Assembly (NCBI GenBank): GCA_012295275.1
Contig: CM022677.1
Location: 13,330,001-13,394,000, forward strand
Source: Chrysomallon squamiferum
Taxonomy: Eukaryota; Animalia; Mollusca
Length of the DNA stretch: 64,000 nucleotides
Direction: 5' to 3'
Both the position numbers and the translations under genes were made by a program. Each line of letters opens with the position of its first letter. Position 1 is the first letter of the stretch. The notes under the pieces were generated by a model. The model had not been told where the DNA came from. It searched no databases and was given only the letters and a program-made list of their open reading frames with translations. Shown one piece after another: positions 45,629 to 61,133 of this stretch.

Positions 45629-45663
<35 letters not shown>

Positions 45664-46199
45664 GTATGTTTGCAAGCTGAAGGTCAGACTGAAGTGGCAT
45701 TTGTTGGTCATTTGTCACTAAAATATAACTGCATGTTGAATAATTCTTCATTGGGCTTGTTACAATGACAACAGTCTACCAGTTTTTAACTTGGCCAACC
45801 AAACGTCCTTCATTTGGGAGTATTCCTCTTTCACAATTAGCAACAACTCTGCAGCATTAGCAAGACTCAGCTCCTTTTTCTCTGCAGTGTTTAACTTCTA
45901 CATTTTCTTCTCTTGTTGGATGGGATTTTAGATGGGATGTCATTCTGACACGTTCTTGTTCTTGCCTGAGTTCTGTTTATGCTATTACCACACGAGATTT
46001 ATCATTCGATGTAAATATATCCTGACAATGCTGCCCTGTTTGCTATTGATGTGTCTGGTTTCAGTACTGGTGACAGTGAACAACAACCTGTTATTTTAGC
46101 TGTAACGTTACTGCATACTTTCGATACCGTTGTCATTGTTACAAATTCTGATGCTGCGTGTTGTTTCGCTTTTTATAAACTATTCTGCTTCTTACCTTC

Positions 46200-46698
46200 G
46201 TACTGTAAGCGCACTATATTAAAACATATTATTATTACTATTATTGTCGCCGTCGTTGGCGTCGTGTCTGCGTTGTCCTGCACGGTATTCTTGTCTTTGT
46301 CATTATTCTTTTGAGCTTTTTATTAACTGCTGTCCTTAATTTCTTGGTGTGTAGATCCTATTTCAAAATATATTATTGCTATTTGTATTCATGTTGACGT
46401 CGTCGTTCTTAACGTTATTGGTGTAACACTATTGGCGTCGTTTTTGAGTTGTTCTTTGCGCTTTTGGAGTAGTTTTAATTATTCTGTTCCGCTTTTTGTT
46501 ATGTGTTTTCCTCACTTTGTTAGTGTGAGCATCCCACATTAAAATATATTATTATTGTTTCTATTAATGTCGCCGAGGTTGCTGTCGTGTCTGCATTGTC
46601 TATAACATTTCTGAACTACTTCTCGTTATTATGTTCCGCTTGTTATTAACTATTGTTCTGACTTTCGTAGTGTTCGCACCCAATATTAAAATATATTA

Positions 46699-46780
<82 letters not shown>

Positions 46781-47307
46781 GTCGCCATCGTTGGTGTCGT
46801 GTCGGTGTAGTTGTCATCGTATCTGGCCTATTTTTGCACTTTTCATTATTGCTTGTAGCTTTTTGTTAACTATTATTCTTACCTGTATTAAAATATTTAT
46901 TATTATTTTTATCAACGTCGACGTCGTATTTGCGTTGACCTTAACGTAATTTACGACCTGGTCATTATTCTTTTCAGGTTCTTATTAACTTCTATTCCTA
47001 CCTGCTTAGTGTGCACATCCTATTTCAAAACATATTATTGTTATTTGTATTAATGTGGACGTCGTAGCCACGTATCTGCGTTGTTCTTGACGTTATTATT
47101 GTTTTTCGAATTTTTATGGTTTTTTAATAAAAAAAGAATTGTATTAACTGTTATTCTTTCTTCTTATTATTATTCCTATTGATGTCGCCGTCGTTGTAGT
47201 CGTGTCCACGTAGTTCTTAACGTTTTTGAACTATTTCTCGTTATTCTGTTGCGCTTTTTATTAACTATTGTTCTTACTTTCGTGTGTGCGCACCTAATAT
47301 TAAAATA

Positions 47308-47350
<43 letters not shown>

Positions 47351-47400
47351 ATTAACGTCGCCATCATTGGAGTTGTGCCTCCTTTGTACTTCTAATGTTA
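46200..47400. repeat. Degenerate CpG-containing minisatellite array
   Basis: Recurrent ATATTAAAATATATTATT...TGTCGCCGTCGTTG...TTATTAACT units of roughly 130-170 bp. Confidence 0.65.
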
Positions 47401-48126
47401 TATTGTCTTTTTCAGTAACTGTTATTCTTACTTTCGTGTTAAAATGTCCTATTAAAATGCATTATTGTTTCAGATAATACCTTCCTTGTATGACTCTCTG
47501 CTGATATTCATCATCAAGAGCTGGTAACTCTCTCTCTAGATAGATTCATCTCAGTATTACTTATTTTTCTTTTACATACATGTATGTGATTCAGCGTGGC
47601 TTGGGTAATATTCTAGTGAGTGTTTGATAACTAAATGCATGTATTTGTGAATTAACTTCTCACATAGCTTTTTTTTTATACGTGTTCAGAACGACTACTA
47701 ACCCAAAATATAAAATAAATCACAACCGTTTATACGACAAAATAAAAATAAATAAATAAATAAATAAGAAAGAAAAACTCCTTCAACTAACATCACTGTT
47801 GTTTATACGACAAAACTGAGATTGATAGAAATTGATAGAAATTGAATTCATCAAACCTGATCAAAAATAATTCTCTGTCTTAGAAAAATGAAATATTTTA
47901 TTATAAACGACATTAACGTTATGAATGATTTTGTGAACTTAACGTAAAACAGAAGCATAATATGTTCGCTTCACATCTAAATACGAATATGTTCTTTAGA
48001 CGAAATATTAACATTAAAATTATATTCACGTTATTAAAATTTAATTCTTAATATGCCGTGTACATTTTCAATGAAAAATAGGATTCCTTCGGTAATGTTA
48101 TTAGCTATACAACACAGTACATTGAA

Positions 48127-48159
<33 letters not shown>

Positions 48160-49234
48160 CGCACACACACATCCACACACACACACACACAATTTTGTTT
48201 TTCCCAAAAAATTAATGTCCTTCTCATTGTATACTGAAAAATGATGGTCTTTCATGTTAAGTTATTTTATTATTAACAGAAACAGGACTACACCGAAAAG
48301 CATGATATGCTAGATGAAGATTGTACTTACTGTTGTATTGATGTTACTGACAATATGTGATATTTTATTTTATGACCGTAGTAACATCAGATTCCGCGAC
48401 ATAATTTACATCTCTCGCTCTATATGAAATTACACGATTAACCTAAAATTCAGGGGTTATTTATCAAATTATTTAATTAAAAATATATCTGTTTCAGATT
48501 AATTTTAAAAAGATTTTATTACAATAAAAAATAAGAAGCAATTTTTGTATACACTTTCAGAACAGTTCTAATGAAACTAAGAGAATAGCGTCAACAAAAT
48601 AAAAAATAATAATAAAGAAGCGAGAAGGCGCGATATTAAGGTGTTATTATTGTTGTCATTGTTCTATTATTGACAAATATAATGCTTGTTATATTGATAA
48701 TTACTGGTGGAGCGGTTATATTAATATCTAATGTAATACGAGAACTTCAGGTATAATAAGAAATATAAAGTATATTACACTGCGCTGATGTACACCTTGA
48801 ATGTAATGAAAAAATAAAATTTCGCAGTCTCAATTATCGTAATAAAACAACATGTTAATCTTGTTTGTTCTCAGCTAATCACTACAAACTGTCGTGATTC
48901 CAGGGAATTAACTCTGAGATGTTTAAATGTAATCTGTACGATATTAACAAAATCTGACATATATATACTGTTCTTTTTCCTATATAATCTCTAATATTGT
49001 TAATTAAAAAACAACACGCGCTGTATTTTCCAAAACAATGTGTTAATATTACCGCTACACCTCTGTTGAGAAACTAATGACGTCTAATACAGATAGTGAT
49101 GGCTGCGTTAAAACTGCAAGTGATATTTTCATGACGCTGAGTCAAGTATCTGAGTGTTTCTGTTTCTGCTGAACATTAATCTTACCTTTCAGCAACTTCT
49201 TTTCAATGATCCATTTCCCCATCCACGCAATAAT

Positions 49235-49865
49235 CAGGTGTACATCAAGACGTTAAGAACAATACTGGAACGACGGCAACGACGACCTCATTAATAGAAA
49301 GAGTAATGATATTTTTTTTAATGTCGGATGTGGACACTAATTGCAATACTTAATAAAAGAACAAATAATAAGGTTGAAAGCAACGTCGTTACGACGACAT
49401 TAATAAACGTAATAATAATATATTTTAATATAGGACGGGCCGTGTCAGAAAATATAAATAACTGCGAATAAAAAAGCTAAGAGGAATGATGAGGAGTGCA
49501 CCAATAACTTTAGGAACGGCGTTCGTACCATGTCAACGACGGCGACATTAATAGAAATCACAATAATATATTTCAATAGGTGATTCGCCCGCTCAGAAAG
49601 TATGAGGAATGATTCATAAAAAAAAGCTAAAGAATAATGAGACCTCTACGCTAGCTAGAAACAACGCCGTTACGACGGCGACATTAATAGAAATACAGGC
49701 GCACGGCCACAAAATAAGAGAACAGCGAATAAAAAGCGAAAAAGAATAACGAGATGTACACCAAGACGTTAAGAACAATACTGGAACGACGGCAGTGACG
49801 GCCTCGTTAATAGAAAGAGTAACGATATTTTTTAACGTAGGATGTGCACACGAATTGCCATACTT
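49235..49865. repeat. Related minisatellite array in the opposite orientation
   Basis: Recurrent ACGACGGCGACATTAATAGAAA (reverse complement of the 46.2-47.4 kb motif), with a higher-order direct repeat at ~49239 and ~49755. Confidence 0.65.
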
Positions 49866-50752
49866 AATGAAAGGGAAAATAATATTTTTTATTTTTTTTC
49901 AGAGCTGATGTTTTCAGATGTATTGGTAAATTCCTGGACAATAATAAGCAACTTATTCTAGTGTGAGTTGTAAGCTTTGTGGTTTTATTTGGTGCATTAA
50001 TATAAATTATAAGAAGAAAGAAAAAGTAGGTTTAAAAAAATAACAACACCGTTTATTTGAAGTTTACGGTGAACGATTGGCTAATAATAAAAAAATATAA
50101 ATAAATAACTAAATAAATAAATAAAAGAAGAACCACATCGATTTATAATTTTTATTTTATTTGTTTTGAACATTAATTTAATTTTTTTTTTTATTTATTT
50201 TTTGTTATCATATTTGCAGAAAAATACGGGATGATTTCGGTCTTAGCGGATTTACTTTCTTGTTGGATGTTCGAAGAATAGTCTACAGAATTGGGATAAT
50301 CGCATTATCATGCAACAAAAAAGTTGCTTAATGTATTTCATTTTGTGAAGGAGACAGGTATTACTATTTATTATTATAGTTGTTAATGTGTTTGGATGTT
50401 TTTTGTTTTATTTAATTATAATTTAAAAGTGATACACGTGATGGCAGCCATCTTATTTTGGAATAATATTTATTTATTTATTTATTTATTTATTTTCAGT
50501 TTTTTTTTGTGCAAATAACGACACTCGATTAGTAATAACATTCACCAGAGGTTGTACTAATGTGAACAGCATAAACAACGTCATATAAATAAGAAATCAT
50601 GTTTAGTCTAATTTTGTTTTACCAATCACTGTATGATACATCGGGGGCAAATTTTGTGTGACCAGTAATTAAATTTGTTTTAAAATAAATTGACTTGTGT
50701 AGCACACATCACACGACAACTATGTGTCGACTGTCAAAGGATTTATTTATTA

Positions 50753-50802
<50 letters not shown>

Positions 50803-51140
50803 TTTTGAAATAAACTAATAAAACTATTTTTAAAAATATGTTAATTTTGTTTCACATGTTTTCTGTCAGTTTTTTTATGATTTTTTTTTTTTTTTTTAAA
50901 TTCATATTAAATTCATGCTCTATACATTATTAAACATATTTAATTGATTTTTTAAACATATTAAAGGATATAATGGATGGGGCCATAAATGGTTTCATTA
51001 TTTAAGCTAAATAATTTTATAACTCTATGTTAACATTAATAACTAATAAAGATAAATAAAAATTTAAGAAAAATATGACCAGGTTATTTCATATGTAGAC
51101 ACTGTAAAATATTAATAAAATTACTTGTTATAATAATATT

Positions 51141-51179
<39 letters not shown>

Positions 51180-52152
51180 TAATTTGTTATCCTCAGTGAT
51201 AACTGTTCATTGTTACCCTTCTTTTCTTAATTGTCAATTTTAATTTATTTACATTTTGTTTTGTTTTGTTCTACTTCCTTCTTTTTTATCTTCTTATTAT
51301 TAGTATTACTTTTAGTTATTATTATGTTTTATTTTTTATTATTATTTTTTATATCTTTATTATTATTATCTATTTTATTTTTCTTATCATTACTAATACT
51401 TGTTTATTTGGGATGTTTTCAAGGACATATGGAGAAAATGTTCCAAATGAATTTAAAGAATTTTCTATGAAAAATCAGATGTGAATGAAACATTTTATGC
51501 ATATCTTATCCGGCTACACAATCATTGACAAGAACCACACTGTAGAGTGCAAGTGCTGCTGGAATACTGTAATATGGATATATCGATGGTTTACATTCAG
51601 CATGGACAGGAACAAAAAGGAAAGAGTACAGCACAATTGAAGTCTGTGTTCTTGTGAAAACAAGCTGATGCTGGTAAAAACACTTCATCTGCTACACTGC
51701 TAAACAAAATAACTTGATAGATGACTGCGATGGCTCTGCATGTCAGTGACAAAGACAACAGCCAGGAAGTTGAGCAGCAGGTGATGTCTGAGCTTGCTGC
51801 TCTGAGAATGAAGTTGGATGTGAAGATAAAGAAAAGAGAGAAAGAAAACAGAGGCTGTAGCTGCAGCAGAACAAGATGAGACTTGGGAAGGCAACATTCA
51901 TGAGAGTGATGTCTCGCCACATTGATGATTCAAATGACTGGGCTAGTCCTGTACCTGATTTAGAATGGTACCACGCACCCAGGTCCCTGTCCCCTACTTC
52001 ATCATCACAAAAATCCAGGCAATTTTTCAGAGAAGGGATACAAGAGACTAATGATAATATGAATCAACAGTCTGGTGTCAGGTGATGTGTCAAGCCTTGT
52101 TAGAATGTTTTCAGAAACCTCTCAACAGTGGCAGGGTATGTTTTATTAGTTT

Positions 52153-52223
<71 letters not shown>

Positions 52224-53055
52224 TATTGCATGAATGATAATAATCAAAATAAAATATGCCTTTATCAGATAAATGTAGATTGATTAAAAAAAAAAGTATT
52301 ATGTTCATGTTGGAATTTCTTAAAACTTTGTTTACTGTTGATGTTAAATATTTTATGTAGGTCATTGCAGTAGTGTTCAGTTGCTGTCTAGAAAGGGAAT
52401 TTGCTTTATGGAGAAGGATGAATCAGATGTACAGAAACTGCAGATGCACAATTCAAAGTTGTGAGTTCTTTTTTTTTTTTTTTTTATTTCTTATTTTTAT
52501 TTCTTAGCAAGTAAAATAAGTTGTATAGTAACAACTCTTTACTGATAATAAAATAGCATAATAATAACCATTTGTTTCCTGTTGTTTTGATAATTATTTA
52601 AATTATTACCATTATCATCATTATCATTATAATGATTATACAAAGTATATCAAAAATAACCCACACCCCTTTGTGTCTGAATAATCCAGTAACTGGTACC
52701 AGTACAATTTAAATTTTAATAATAACAGAAACATTAGTTATTTATTTATAACATTTTATTATTTTTATTTTCAGATAGCACATACAGCTCTAATTGATGT
52801 GCTGATGTTGGCTAGTGAAGTTGTTTCAGTAGAAGTTGCTGTCCAGCACTGAGGATAAAGTTTGTACTGCTGCCACAGGAAAAGAGAAAAACAACAACAA
52901 CAACAATTGAACAGGTGAATTTGAGTTTGTTTTCTTATGTATTTCTCATTATTCTAAACCGAATGCAGTTTAATTTAAATTAATGTAGAAAGTTGCATTT
53001 TGTACACATGCACTTACAGTAGAATCTTGTATCATACACTGCATTTTAATTTATG

Positions 53056-53124
<69 letters not shown>

Positions 53125-53471
53125 CAGTTCCATTCATATAAACCTGATTATTTTGTTGTAAATTTCTATATTTTAAAACAAAAGAAGAAGGAGCAGCTGT
53201 CAGCCTTCACACAGTGTCACTGTTCCTGTGAGGACAGACACACTAAAATACATTGAAGATGGATGTATGGTAGCTGTTGTCTATAGTTTCTATTGTCTGC
53301 AGTCTTTCAGTTTTCATGGTTTGTTTAACAGCACAATGTTTGTAAATAAAATATTGAATCAGGTTGTTGCATGTTAAATATATGAGTCTTAATAACTAGT
53401 TAATCAACAAAATTATAATATTAGGTCTGGTTTTCTTTTTTGTTTTTGAATATGATATGTATGTAAATCTT

Positions 53472-53512
<41 letters not shown>

Positions 53513-53703
53513 GGAGTAATAGTGAAGAGAGTAAAAAATATCATTTTTATTATTAATTGATAGTAATTTTAGTAATAGGAGTATTATTTCAATAACTAAT
53601 CCTAGTTGAATAACAAATAATAGTAAATAGTAATTATAGTAATGATGGCTATACAAATAGTATAGTGATTGCAGTAAATGTAGTAGTAGCAGTATTTTAT
53701 ATT

Positions 53704-53734
<31 letters not shown>

Positions 53735-56700
53735 CTCAGACTAGGGATCCACCAATGAGATGTGTCAGCAATGTACTAAACTGTGGATTTAAACTGTTTA
53801 TTTTCAGAAGTTAAATCAGCTTGTTAAGGATAAAAATATTCAAGAAATTGTTTGTAAAATACAAACTCAGATTGACATTTTGGAACAAAGAGCAGCTCAA
53901 GTCTCCAGTAGAGTTGAAGTATTTGGTGCTGTCCAGCAGGTATTTAAATACATTATTCATTGTAAACCTTTCCATTTTATTTCAGTTTTAAATAATTCTA
54001 TGCAAAATATTTTCTCATATCCTGAATTAAACCATGTATTTCAAAATATAATACATTTGTATTTTTGTAAAATGAAGTACTGAAAATTAATTTGCAGGAC
54101 AGCCTAATAGAGTAGTGAACAGAACATTTGTATAAATTTGTAATTTGATGTTATTAATTTCTAATCTGAAATACATACATTTAATATATTTAATACATTT
54201 ATTAGATGGATGGAATTTTGGTGGATTTGAAAGATGCATAAATTGGCTTGAAAGAATTAGCTTCTTTTGTTATTTTATCACATGCATGTGTAATGTTGTC
54301 TTTGTTTTAAATACATTTTAAAAATACCTAAATGATTCATACCATTAGAATACCATTTTCCTACTGTCTAATACAATAGGTTAAAAATGTATAGGTTAAA
54401 AATGTTTACTTAATATTCCTGGCAGTCTTCTTAAACTGGACTAAAAGTCTAAAACACAGTGTAAATATCAAATTTCACCAAGTATTCAAATAAATTAAAA
54501 CATATTTTTCATAATCTCTTTTATTGATGTATTGCTATTTTAATCCTTTTATATAAAAGTTAAAAACATAATGTTAATCTGATTGCAACTAAGAATATAA
54601 AAACATTTAATAAATTATTTTTATTAAAAGTATATGGACAAAATAAAAATGTGGACTAAAACTCTTCTTGCTAAGACAGAGAACTGCAGTTAGAGCTGAC
54701 AACAAAAATACTACTTGCACTTTATTTTATGTTTAGTTTATTAATGATCCTAGACAACAGATTCAAGCTGCCTCAGCCAGCACTTCAGTTGAAAATGTTG
54801 TAAGACCCATTTTCAGAAAATGTTCACTAGAGCACCAGAATGCTTTTACATCACAGTCTTCCCTGTCCAGAGAAAGAACAACACTTTCAAGAGAAAATCT
54901 GTCTGAAATGTAATTTGAATTTCAAAAACTCAGTGATCTTCAAGAGACTGCATTGTCAGTGTGATCAGAACATCCAGTGTACACATTGTACATCATAGCA
55001 GCTTGCTCTGTTTTTATCATTGATATCTGTGCTTGGTTATTCTAATTTTCATCACTGAAAGAGGAATAGAGATTCATCACTGCTATGGAATGCCATTTTT
55101 CCAAATAAGCTAGAGGTGTTAAATTATTTAATCATCTAATTTTTGTATTATTTAAATCGGGGAAAATGAAGGGTTTGCTGGGATAATCAATGTAAATATA
55201 TTTAAAATTAGGTAATTACAGTAATTAGAATTTTTCATTAAAAAAAAAGAAACTAGTCAATTGTTTTTTTAAAAATGTTTTTTTTTTTTTTCTTTTTTAA
55301 ATCAGGGAAAATCAAGGGTTGCTGTGGGTAATCATTGTATAAATATATTTAAAATTATGTAATTAGGGATAATTAGAATTTGTTTATAACAAAAAAAAAA
55401 AAAAAAAAAATATATTTTTTTTTGACATAAAGTCATTTGATAGACATTTGAAGACATACATGAAAATATTATGTCTGATTGTAAATATCTGTGTTTCTAA
55501 TTTTATCATCCTTACTGTATGAAAACTTATTCTGCTTGTATTTTTATTTTTAGATATGAAAAGTAAATTATTTCAGTCATGTGTTCTTTCTCTTTTTATT
55601 TTTTTTTATTTTGAATGGAACTTAATGATACATTTTTTGTTGTATTTTTTATTGCAATAACAATGAGAAATATTTAAATATTTTAAAAATAATAACAATT
55701 ATATAAAAAATGTTTACTATTATGTTATTTTAATCTTTATAAATCTGCAATATGTCTAAAACCTTAACATTTGTAATTAAAATCAATTCCAATTTTATGT
55801 TATTTTAATTTTTATAAAAATGCAATATATCTGTAACATTTGTAACACAAAATATTCCAATTTTATGTTATTTTTAATCTTTATAAATCTGCAAAACTTA
55901 ACTGTAAAATTTAAAATTTTATATTATTTTAACATTTAAAACCTTGTAACAAAAAAATTCAAGTTTTTTTAATCTTTATAAGTGTGCAGTCTAAAATGGC
56001 ATTACCCAACAGTCTCCTGTTATTATAGAATCCACTGTAAATATTTTGTTTTTATTTTAATTATTTATCACATATTAACAGATACAAGTTGAAATATAGT
56101 GTTCTTGGAACATGTTTATACTGATTCCTCTTTATACAACTGTATATGTATAGTACAAGATATTTTATTATTCATTATTTGTCTTGTGTTGTATTAAAAG
56201 TGAGAAACAAATAAAAATTCTGTTAATTCTAAAATGTAATACAAATTCTTTGATACATTATGGATTAAAGTTCCATATATTGTATCTCTAATGTAAACAA
56301 AACTCTTTTTTTTTTATTAAAAAAAAAAAATTGTTGGGTGGGGGTCTGTGTAATGTGTTTATATTAATTTGTTTTTATTAGTTTACATATTAGAGAAGAA
56401 AAAAATTCACATTATCCGAATGTTTCATTTCATGTACTAGCATGATTAATTTTGTTGTTAAATAACAATGTCATAAATTAAAAGTATCTAAGTGTTTGTG
56501 GTCATGTGTGTGTATATGCATGTGTGTGTGTGTGTGTATTTGTGTGTGTGTGTGTGTGTATGTGCACCTCTTTACTTAGTGGTTTGAATTTCATTTTAAT
56601 GAAAAGAAAAAGGCAATTATTATTATTAATATCATTATTATTATTATCATATCATTGTAATTATTATTACTATTATTGTAATTATTATTATTATTATTCT

Positions 56701-56789
56701 TATTATTATTATTTTTATTATTATTATTTTACTATTATTATTACTATTATTATTATTATTACAGTTATTATTACTGTTACTATTATTGC

Positions 56790-56823
<34 letters not shown>

Positions 56824-58084
56824 GTTATTGTTAATATTATGTAATGATAGTCTTTGACTAGGAGTAGTGAGTATAAATAAAAAAAATACAGAAAGGGTTT
56901 CCAAATTAAAAGTGTTTTTTTATTAAGAATATTAAAGGCTTGAGGTAATGTTATATTGATAACTAGAGGTAGAATGGTAACCTTTGACTTAGTGGTTTAA
57001 GTTGGTGTACAGAGAGACATGCAGTGTTAGTTTACACTGAAACACTGATTAGTTTGTAGTCTGTGTAGAGATCATCTGAGAATAAAAGTCATTAATGTAA
57101 TATTTTATTATGTGTGTGTTTGTTTGTGTGTGTGTCTGAGTGTTTATGCCTGAGTGTTTGTGACTATGAGTGTGTGTCTGTGTGTGTATGTGTCTGTGTG
57201 TGTGTATGTGTGTGTGTGTGTGTGTTATTTATATTTATATAAAAGGGTATAACTAGTTTCAGACTTAAGATAACAAAGTTACATTGCGGCTCTAAAGCAG
57301 AAGAATGCAATACACTGTAAAAGAGTAATTTAATGAGACATGGAAAGAGATGGTGTGTTAATCAGAAAGAACAGATACATAGAGTGTCTGTGATACTCTC
57401 AGTGTGAATGATATGTCAACTACAGTGTGTGTGTGTGTGTATGTGCATGTTAGTCTGTGTTTGCATATTATGTGTATATACGTTATTGTTGGTGAGTATA
57501 TGTCTGTCTATATGAATATGTGACTAGATTAAAACATGACTTTATGTGTTTGTAGATATGCAATGTGTATGTATGTATGTATGTATGTGTCTATGTATTT
57601 ATGTATTTTTAGGTGTGAGTATGTATGTGTATGTATGTATAGGTTTGTGTAGGTGTAGGTGTGAGTATGTATGTGTGTATATATATATGTATGTATATAT
57701 GTATAGGTGTGAGTATGTATGTGTATGTATGTGTATCTATGTGTATGTATGTGTGTATGTATGTATAGGTGTGTGTATGTGCAGGTGTGTGTATGTGTGT
57801 GAAACACTGGGTGGAGTTGTTGATTATTGCTGGTGTGTATATGTCTGTCTAGGTGAATGAGTATATGTGACAAGTTTAAAACATGACTGTGTATATGTGT
57901 TTATGTTTGCATATTAGCACATGTATGTGCATGTGTATTACAGTAATAGTACATATGGGATTGTGTATTTTATGACTATATGTATGAAACTGGTGTATGT
58001 GTATGTTTTTGTTCATGTGCACGTGTATGTATATTTATGTGTATAATCTGTCTGGGAGACTGTTTATGTTTGTAGCCTATCCAG

Positions 58085-58123
<39 letters not shown>

Positions 58124-58365
58124 TGTCTGTAATATTATGTATGTATGTATATATATATATATATAATGTGTGTTTTGTGCATTGTGGGTGTGCATGTATG
58201 TGTATGAGTGTGTTTTGTGCATTGTGTGTGTGTGTGTATGTGTAAGAGTGTGTTTGTGTGTGTGTGTTTATGTAATGATGGTGAGCAGTTGTGACAGGGT
58301 GTTCCTCTGAGACACTGGGTGGAGCTGTTGATCAGGATAAATATTATTTATTTATTTATTTATAT

Positions 58366-58396
<31 letters not shown>

Positions 58397-59740
58397 CAGA
58401 TGACAACATTTGTTAAAAACTGGAAGTTTCAGCTTGATGTGATTGTTGTGAAAAGAAAATTTGATTGTTTGTGCTTAGATTAATCACTGGATTCATGTAT
58501 ATGTGTGGAAGTATAGGATTGAAAGATGGATGGATGATGAATAAGAGATATGAATGGATAAAGTAAAATGTTAGCCTGGTTAGAGATAAGGATAGATGAT
58601 ACATTCACATAATATCCAAATAGAATAACTCACTGAATGTGACAAATGCTGGACGAATGAAAGAATAAATGAATAGAAGCACGTGTAGTTGGATGAGCAG
58701 AAATGTGGTTAATTACAGGATGATATATTGATATATAAAATATTTTGTTCTAAATGTGTGACAGCATAGAGTGTTGTGTGTGTACTTTATAAGATGTCTG
58801 TGAAGACAAATCAGTATTTCACATACTCACTCTCACTATTTGTACATTTAACAACCTCTAAATATCACTAATTAGTCTTTAAAATAAAATGACAAATATT
58901 TACATTTTACAAAGTGTAAACAGTTAAGAGAAAAAGATTAACAAAAAAATACACATTGTAAAATAAATAAAATTACAAGGTAATGACAATAAGAACAGAA
59001 ATAATTTATTTTGAGAAACAAATATTCTAAGATTCAATATGATGTACACTGAGTTACTGATCTTTATTAAATCCTTCATGTAAATTTTCAGTGAGTTCTG
59101 TGGATCCTGATGTGCATGATGAGTGAAATCTATGAGAACTAAGTTAGAAGCAGTTCATCGTGTATATAGAATAAAGTGACAAAAGAATCAAGATAAGACC
59201 ATATTTTGAAAAAGCTGATGTTTAAAAGATTGTATATGAGGACAATCCATCAAAATGTGACTGTTTTAAAAAACTGACAGTGTTCACACCAAGTGAATGA
59301 AATTCTTCAAAAATAAAAATATTGTCAAAGTAAATTGACCAATGCTGGGAGGACAAAGACAATTTCATCCATCTTTATTTGCCTGTCTCCCTCCTTCATT
59401 CATCTAGCTAAGTGTGTTAGATATGTATGTGTGTATGTGTTCGAATATGTGTTTTCTTATTACTGAGAGAAAATGGTTATATATGCATAATGTGTGTGCA
59501 AGTGTGTATGTATTTTTGAGAGAGAGATAGATGAAAAGATGGACTGGAAGTTTGATAGACTGACAAATAGAGAGATATGTATAATGAGAGGGATATACAA
59601 TTAGTGAGAGAGATTGACAGAGGATGAGGTATAGATGACAGATATACGGATAGATACAGAGATATGCAGAGAGCTATGTTGATATGTGTGTGAGAAAGAA
59701 AGTGTTAGTATGTTAATGTTTTAGTGATATAGGATGGGAG

Positions 59741-60060
59741 TATATGAATTAGAGTGAATTATGTTTGTGTATGTGTTTTATAGATAGATAAAGAGATGGT
59801 AATGAGTATGTGAATTAGAGTGAGTTATGTTTGTGTATGTGTTTTATAGATAGATAAAGAGATGGTAATGAGTATGTGAATTAAAGTTAATTATGTTTGT
59901 GTATGTGTTTTATAGATAGATACAGAGATGGTAATGAATATTGAATTAGAGTTAATTATGTTTGTGTATGTGTTTTATAGATAGATAAAGAGATGGTAAT
60001 GAATATATGAATTAGAGTGAGTTATGTTTGTGTGTGTGTTTTATAGATAGATAAAGAGAT
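59741..60060. repeat. Tandem repeat, ~65-bp unit x5
   Basis: GAATTAGAGTGAGTTATGTTTGTGTATGTGTTTTATAGATAGATAAAGAGATGGTAATGAGTAT repeated. Confidence 0.93.
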
Positions 60061-60837
60061 ATACACACTGGCTGGCAGTAAATTGATTTGTAGATTGAAA
60101 CCTAGAAAGAAAGATTTAGAACATTAGATATAGACTGATAGAGAAATAGATGAATAAAAACTGTTGTGTGCAAATTAATATAAGTGAAAGTCATGCATTT
60201 TCCAAAAAACTTTCAACTATAGTTTTGGATAAATTATGAGTGTTTGACAGATAGAGTGGTAGGTACATAGAATGACAGACAGACAGTCAGTCCCACATTG
60301 CTTGACTGACTGATTGAGAGACAGTTAACATTTATTCATCCATACGTAGGTAGATAGATGTGTTTGTCTGTGTATCTGTCTATTGAAAGACAGACAGCAG
60401 ACACACACAGGAAGATATACAAACAGGGACATTTTAGAGAAAGCATTATGGTGGATGGACATAGGGGATAGACCAGTGGACAGAAAGTTTTTGTTTGGAT
60501 TATCAATGACTTATTAATAGTAAAATAATTCCTAGAAGCTAAGATTACCCAAGATATTTCAATATACTCAGTCTTTCAAGGTATTTTCTTTTGACAATTC
60601 TGTATATCAAATATAAAAATATTTCATCATTTATTCCAAAATTTACTGTCATTTTTGAATACATTTTTAAATGTGACCAATTTGGAACGGTTTCAAAAGT
60701 CCAGTTCTGTTGTAAATATCTCTGTGTGTATATGTTTGTGTGTGTGTGTGTGTGTGCGTGTGTGTTTGTCTATCTGCTCTCTGTGTTTCAATGTATCAAT
60801 CTGTCTGTCTGCCTGTCTATAAAATGTTTCTATGTAT

Positions 60838-60842
<5 letters not shown>

Positions 60843-60926
<84 letters not shown>
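60843..60926. repeat. (CT)n(AT)n microsatellite
   Basis: Directly visible. Confidence 0.97.
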
Positions 60927-61133
60927 TTATTTACACACATATACATAAACACACACACATACACACTGTGAATATATATATCAAGGACATTAATGGAAGT
61001 CTCTCTATCTTTTCAACATATACTGAGTCTTTCCTATAAAGGTAAATATGCATTGCTCCATTTATAACTATGAATAATATTAATTGTAAAACAAACAGAA
61101 TATCTGCTTAATGTTGCCCTTTCTCACATTTCC

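Noticed and set aside
35468-61039. Many 60-130 aa ORFs in the right half of the window
   Set aside because: Most are translations of microsatellites (poly-Asn/Ile/Tyr, CV, HT, LS repeats) or chance ORFs.
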